A stretch of DNA of 64,000 nt from an uncultured bacterium. GTDB taxonomy: Bacteria; Bacteroidota; Rhodothermia; Balneolales; DATFMH01. This document shows positions 59,639 to 64,000 of the stretch, piece by piece. Each line of letters opens with the position of its first letter. The first letter of the stretch is position 1. Both the position numbers and the translations under genes were made by a program. Under the pieces are notes generated by a model. The model did no database searches, had not been told where the DNA came from, and saw only the letters and a list, made by a program, of their open reading frames with translations. The stretch spans positions 67,524 to 131,523 of the forward strand of contig CAWBCD010000009.1 of NCBI GenBank assembly GCA_963787205.1, read 5' to 3'.

Positions 59639-60739
59639 TTGGCAAACAAATCCAGTAAAGAACAGAACAAACCCCGCGGGAAAGAGCGGTTAAATCAAAA
59701 GCATCACCACCTGAACAAGAAGGCCAAATCGTGGGCCCGCGAGTGGTTGGATGCAATTATTTTTGCAGCTATTGCTGCGCTGATCATTCGTGCCTTCTTT
59801 TTTGAAGCTTACCGCATCCCGACGCCATCTATGGAGAAGTCGTTGCTGGTCGGTGACTTTCTGCTGGTATCCAAAGTGAATTATGGTCCGCGTACTCCAA
59901 TGTCAGTCGGTATTCCATTCACGAGTGTTCACATTCCTGATTTAACGATTCCATGGATTCGTCTTCCGGGATTTGAGAATGTCGAGCGATATGATGTGGT
60001 CGTCTTCAATTATCCAATCGATCATGATGTGATATCGGAAAAGACCAATTACATCAAGCGCTGCATTGGATTGCCGGGTGATACGTTGTCAATCAAAGAC
60101 AAAGTGGTCTACATCGATGGTAAGCCAACCAAGATATTTCCAACCATGGAAGAGACTTATGTGGTTACGGTCAAGGAAAGGTTGAGGCTGAGCCCGGCTC
60201 GTGTCGAACAGGCCGGGGGCAAGATTTTTCAGATGGTGGATCAGGGCAAGTATATCGTCAACATGACGGAAGCGACGGCGGATAAGATGAGTAAATGGCC
60301 CGAGATACAGAGTGTGAAACCGAACATCTACCCAAAAGATTACGATGAATTCCAGAATTCACGGTTTACTTTTTCTCGTGGGATTGATGGCAACAGGGAT
60401 CAGTTCCCCGCCGTTGTCGTGCCCTATAAAGGGGAAAAAGTGCATCTAACGGATAAGGACTGGCACCTGTACGAAAACATCGTCGAACGCTATGAACACA
60501 ACAAGGTGTCCAAGCTGGGTAATGATTTTACGATCAACGGGGTGCACACCAATGAGTATACCATCAAGCAAAATTACTATTTCATGATGGGAGACAACCG
60601 GGACAACAGCGAAGACAGCCGTTACTGGGGATTTGTGCCGCATGATCACATCGTAGGTAAAGCCTTCGTTGTGTATTTCTCATGGGATAAGGACCGGATG
60701 CTGCCGCGTTTCGACCGCATCTTCCACTTAATACATTAA
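59639..60739 (+). CDS. lepB: Signal peptidase I (TTG start)
   Basis: It has 'IPTPSMEKSLLVGDFLLVSK' (catalytic Ser), 'YIKRCIGLPGD' (catalytic Lys) and 'GDNRDNSEDSRYWGFVP'. Confidence 0.92.
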   Translation: MANKSSKEQNKPRGKERLNQKHHHLNKKAKSWAREWLDAIIFAAIAALIIRAFFFEAYRIPTPSMEKSLLVGDFLLVSKVNYGPRTPMSVGIPFTSVHIPDLTIPWIRLPGFENVERYDVVVFNYPIDHDVISEKTNYIKRCIGLPGDTLSIKDKVVYIDGKPTKIFPTMEETYVVTVKERLRLSPARVEQAGGKIFQMVDQGKYIVNMTEATADKMSKWPEIQSVKPNIYPKDYDEFQNSRFTFSRGIDGNRDQFPAVVVPYKGEKVHLTDKDWHLYENIVERYEHNKVSKLGNDFTINGVHTNEYTIKQNYYFMMGDNRDNSEDSRYWGFVPHDHIVGKAFVVYFSWDKDRMLPRFDRIFHLIH

Positions 60740-60897
60740 AACGACTGAATTTGTAATACATGCCCATTGTTTAAGATGCTGGTTCTGGCGTCCTCGCCTG
60801 GCAATAAGCGTTCATGACGTTCCGATCCCCATGCACTCGGGACCAGAAACCCTTAGCCTTTTCCTGATGCCCGTATTCCCCTATTTTCCTCGGTCTC

Positions 60898-61998
60898 TTA
60901 ACTGATCGTCTTGCCGTGCTCCCCTTTCTCACGGTCGGCAAGCTGCCCGCAGCCGGCGTCGATGTCATCTCCCCGGCTCCGGCGCACCGTGGCACGTACT
61001 CCCTGGTCGGTTAGTGCCCTCATGAACTGATCCAATCGATCCTCTTTGGCTCGCTTCATCGATACACCATTCACCTGGTTATACATGATGATGTTGACCT
61101 TGCTGGGGATCCAACGGGCGATTTTCGCCAGGTTTTGGGCATCTTCGGGACCATCATTGAAATGATCGAACAACAGGTATTCATAGGTTATCGGCTGATT
61201 GGTAGCAGCGAAGTAATGTTTGAGTGCTTCTTCCAGTGCCTTCAAATTCAGTGATTTGTTGATGGGCATGATCTGAGTCCGTTTCTCATCTGTGGGAGCA
61301 TGCAAGGAGACCGCAAGATTGAACGGCTGTTTCTCATCTCCAAGTTGCCGGATTTGCTTTGCCAGACCAACCGTGGAGACGGTGATGCGACGCTGTGAAA
61401 GGCCGAGGCCCAGCGGATCGTTTATGATGGCTGCCGATTCAACGACCTCGTTGTAGTTGTGCAGGGGTTCTCCCATGCCCATGTAGACGATGTTCGTGAT
61501 TTTTTTACCGAAGCGCTGTCCGCTGAACTCGTTTATGTAGGTGACCTGATCGACGATTTCACCCGCCGCCAGGTTTCGAAAGTATCCCATCTTTCCGGTG
61601 GCGCAGAAAGAGCATCCGAAGATACATCCGACCTGCGAAGACACACATACGGTAATGCGGTCTGCCGAGCCGTCATCATTCATTCCCGGGATAAGTACCG
61701 ACTCGATGTGCTTGCCGTCATGCAGGGCAAACAGAAACTTCACTGTTTGATCGGAAGCCTCCTGCATGTGGGAAACTTTAATGGGATGGATGACGGCTAC
61801 TTGGTCAAGCTTCTCCCTCAGATCCAGCGACAGGTTCGTCATTTCAGTAAATGTCTCCGCCCGTTTCTGATAGAGCCACTGAAAGATTTGGTCTGCCCGG
61901 AACGATTTCAGACCGAGTGAGTCGCAAAACTCACGCAGTCCTTCCCGTGAGAGAGTTTTTAGATCGGTTTTGGTCGTTGTAGTAATGGGTTCGCTCAT
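60898..61998 (-). CDS. rlmN: 23S rRNA/tRNA (adenine-C2)-methyltransferase, radical SAM
   Basis: It has 'FRADQIFQWLY', 'CVSSQVGCIFGCSFCATG' and a C-terminal 'GDDIDAGCGQL'. Confidence 0.94.
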   Translation of the reverse strand: MSEPITTTTKTDLKTLSREGLREFCDSLGLKSFRADQIFQWLYQKRAETFTEMTNLSLDLREKLDQVAVIHPIKVSHMQEASDQTVKFLFALHDGKHIESVLIPGMNDDGSADRITVCVSSQVGCIFGCSFCATGKMGYFRNLAAGEIVDQVTYINEFSGQRFGKKITNIVYMGMGEPLHNYNEVVESAAIINDPLGLGLSQRRITVSTVGLAKQIRQLGDEKQPFNLAVSLHAPTDEKRTQIMPINKSLNLKALEEALKHYFAATNQPITYEYLLFDHFNDGPEDAQNLAKIARWIPSKVNIIMYNQVNGVSMKRAKEDRLDQFMRALTDQGVRATVRRSRGDDIDAGCGQLADREKGEHGKTIS

Positions 61999-62888
61999 AG
62001 ATCAAAGATACGTAAAATGACAGGGTAACACAGGGTATAGGGGAACAAGAAAGAAAAGAATCGTTAGGATCATCGGACATAAATTATTGTGGAGTTTCTC
62101 ACTCGCACTCTGAATCTGTCATTCTGATTTTCTCCGACCTGTCGGAGAAAGTAGAATCCCGTTAGAGTCTGAATCGATCGTTGCACCAGGATAACGAGAT
62201 CCTACGTTGTCCGCCACGGCGCACAACATCAGGATGACATCCATGTGCAGAGATTTGCTTGGGCTAATCCAGTGTAGTCCCACCCAACCCTAACAATATC
62301 GATGTAACCCTGAGCCCAAAACGGGATCCGACGCGATGTTGGTTCGAAAGTCGTACCAATATGAGGATGACATTAACAGTTACTCATTGCTTATCAGTCC
62401 CTTAACAAGCTCATCAGTCAACTCGTCTGCAGAGGTACGCCGAAGTCTTAAAAAATCGATACAAAACCTAGCTCCATGCCCCTATGTAGGATGTGAAAAA
62501 GTACAAAAACAATGGATAAATCTTCTTGTTGCTGGCGAGTGAAGACCAAATACAGAAAAAAAGTTAACCTGACATTGTAAGTTCTTATGCAAACAAAATC
62601 CTTGCGGATTTTAGGGTGTATAGAATCAACAACTTTAAACCTGCACCAAGCCATTCTTTTTCCTAACTCTCTGGTTTTTTAAAACCGGTTTTAAATAAAC
62701 GGCCGTTTTCTGCTCTATCAAGCAGGTAGATAACTCCTACGGCAAGAGGTGAGAAAATAAATTCATGATACCTGATGGGAATAAATCGAAAAAGTAATAA
62801 ATATATAGATGCTAAAAAAGACTATAAGAACGATTCCATTATAGCTTTTACTGTGTTTTAACCGGTCAAAATCAGGCGTTATAGATGT

Positions 62889-63395
62889 TTAAAAAGCCAG
62901 CAGCAATAACGTACTAAGATTAATCAAGGCATGAATAGAGGCTGTTATCCCAAAAGCTTTTAAAAAAGAATCCTTGTTATTGACATAAAAACTCCAGGCT
63001 AAGATTAAACCTGCAGGTAAAACTAATGATGCTTTAAAAAGGCCATATTCAGGCCAGTGAGCTAAGGCAAATAGCAGGCCATCAACTACAATAATGAGAG
63101 GTGTATACGAAGTAATCTTGCTTAATAAAGTAAGAAATAACCACTGAAATATAATGGTTTCTATAATTGGACCTAAAATACAATCATATAAAAATTTCTT
63201 TATGAAGCTCGTATAAGCTGGAAACAGATGAGACTGAGTGATATTGATGTGTCCATGATGGTAAACGAGGGTACCCATTATAAGTAAACCGGCCATTAAA
63301 AACGTCAATATCTTAGAAGTAAAAAATAATTCTATTACAAACCTTACCGGTGAATAGGACTTCGTTTTATTGAGATAAATACTGATAAATTTCAT
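62889..63395 (-). CDS. CPBP-family intramembrane protease (CAAX/Abi; bacteriocin-immunity-type)
   Basis: It is polytopic, with 'GPIIETIIFQWLFL' (degenerate EExxxR position) and 'LLFALAHWPEY' (the FxxxH motif). I prefer the ATG at 63395 over the TTG at 63422. Confidence 0.6.
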   Translation of the reverse strand: MKFISIYLNKTKSYSPVRFVIELFFTSKILTFLMAGLLIMGTLVYHHGHINITQSHLFPAYTSFIKKFLYDCILGPIIETIIFQWLFLTLLSKITSYTPLIIVVDGLLFALAHWPEYGLFKASLVLPAGLILAWSFYVNNKDSFLKAFGITASIHALINLSTLLLLAF

Positions 63396-63556
63396 TTTTA
63401 ACGTGTTATAAAAACCTTGCAAAATCTTAAAAAAGAGCTTGCAATTGCCAGCCAGAAAAACAATCTTTTTCTAAATTTTTTTTATCAAACTCGTCTTATA
63501 TAATGTAAAACTTTGTACACAGATCCATTTTATAAGTTAACATTTATAAAGTATTA

Positions 63557-63597
63557 AATAAGAAACATTGCCCATATTATGAACAACATTTCTTATT
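63557..63597 (-). terminator. Hairpin downstream of the peptide gene
   Basis: AATAAGAAACATTG-(13 nt)-CAACATTTCTTATT. The outer 9 bp are perfect and an AT-rich tail follows. Confidence 0.45.
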
Positions 63598-63637
63598 TAA
63601 AGCAAACTTTATTATCTGTCAAACAAAGCGTAAAAGA

Positions 63638-63784
63638 TCACAAAAGATCATAGAGGACCTTAATTAACAGCGAATTATCAAGTGCCTCTCTAAAAGCGGC
63701 ACCGTATCCTTCTCCCGATTCATAGGCAGATTGTACGCTACCCCCATTCGTTTCGATAAGTTCTGAATTTGATAAAGTTTCCAT
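63638..63784 (-). CDS. Double-glycine-leader peptide A (48 aa; not in ORF track)
   Basis: My own translation gives METLSNSELIETNGG|SVQSAYESGEGYGAAFREALDNSLLIKVLYDLL*. The leader fits LSxxELxxIxGG exactly. Confidence 0.6.
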   Translation of the reverse strand: METLSNSELIETNGGSVQSAYESGEGYGAAFREALDNSLLIKVLYDLL

Positions 63785-63877
63785 ATAAGCAATGGTTAAA
63801 AGTTAAGTTTTAATATAGATTTTTTTGAAATTTGCTTTCCTCGAAAGCAAGGCATAAATACATAGAAGACCGCCTTG

Positions 63878-64000
63878 TTAGGAATCCTTTCCCAAAAAGA
63901 AGCCTTTTACAAAGCCTACCAAAAATGCTCCAATTCTTGGATCAAACATGATGGGACTTACAAGACCACCATCTATTTTTTGTAGTGATAGCCTATCCAT
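63878..64000 (-). CDS. Double-glycine-leader peptide B (40 aa or longer; ATG coincides with the window edge)
   Basis: My own translation gives MDRLSLQKIDGG|LVSPIMFDPRIGAFLVGFVKGFFLGKDS*. It has a hydrophobic Gly-rich core containing GxxxG. The true start may lie beyond nt 64000. Confidence 0.5.
   Translation of the reverse strand: MDRLSLQKIDGGLVSPIMFDPRIGAFLVGFVKGFFLGKDS

Noticed and set aside
61459-61920. 153-aa plus-strand ORF
   Set aside because: It is antisense to rlmN, which has an intact radical-SAM CxxxCxxC motif in the sense frame.
62336-62654. Two overlapping 68-aa ORFs on opposite strands
   Set aside because: They have no start context, no motif and are mutually exclusive. They lie in a hairpin-rich, apparently non-coding region.
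62660-62885. Minus-strand frame encoding a hydrophobic stretch (…YNGIVLIVFFSIYIFITFSIYSHQVS*) next to the CPBP gene
   Set aside because: There is no in-frame start codon after the preceding stop. It could be a decayed small membrane or immunity gene, but I cannot support it as a feature.

Overview
This is a 64-kb chromosomal window with about 55 supported protein-coding genes. It probably comes from an FCB-group bacterium (Bacteroidota/Balneolota/Rhodothermota-like). That placement is my inference from SusC-type plug domains, GWxTD and DUF4139 proteins, a four-helix-bundle 'IVS protein' gene and mostly SD-less starts. I recognised no rRNA, tRNA, tmRNA, RNase P, CRISPR array, transposase or integrase.

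Core content:
- A complete histidine pathway (hisG-D-C-B-H-A-F-IE) lies on the minus strand in canonical order, but is broken into four blocks spread over about 51 kb.
- selU-selD encode tRNA 2-selenouridine synthesis.
- ppc is present.
- A hexuronate module comprises uxaA, uxaB, a LacI regulator and a mutarotase.
- lepA and lepB are separated by one hypothetical gene, and rlmN follows.
- Also present are PPK2, an aldo/keto reductase, an SDR, an ALDH, two patatin-like lipases and a ClC channel.
- A seven-gene minus-strand operon runs methyltransferase, TetR, LolA-like protein, two FtsX permeases, ABC ATPase and an OMP.

Observations most worth a second look:
1. A four-helix-bundle (23S-rRNA-IVS-protein family) gene is inserted antisense into the ABC operon. 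It is bracketed by inverted arrays of 7-bp repeats, which resembles an rRNA-IVS stem-loop.
2. A family of 7-bp-period tandem arrays sits directly against ORF boundaries at six or more loci, including a perfect (CTGACCG)x10.
3. Two perfect palindromes (56 bp and 32 bp) share a 24-bp core and flank an archaeal-type DUF99 gene.
4. A His-codon-rich mini-ORF lies upstream of hisG and is a candidate leader-peptide attenuator.
5. Two tandem double-glycine-leader peptide genes plus a CPBP/Abi protease gene sit in an AT-rich segment at the right edge.
6. An HMG-CoA reductase, PhaR, phasin, ABC1-kinase and acyltransferase gene string occurs without a PHA synthase.
7. There is a tandem pair of barrel-less TonB plug-domain mini-proteins.
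8. Diadenylate cyclase CdaA is fused to a YbbR/CdaR-type domain.

All functional calls rest on motifs I recognised by eye in the supplied translations. No database search or folding computation was run.
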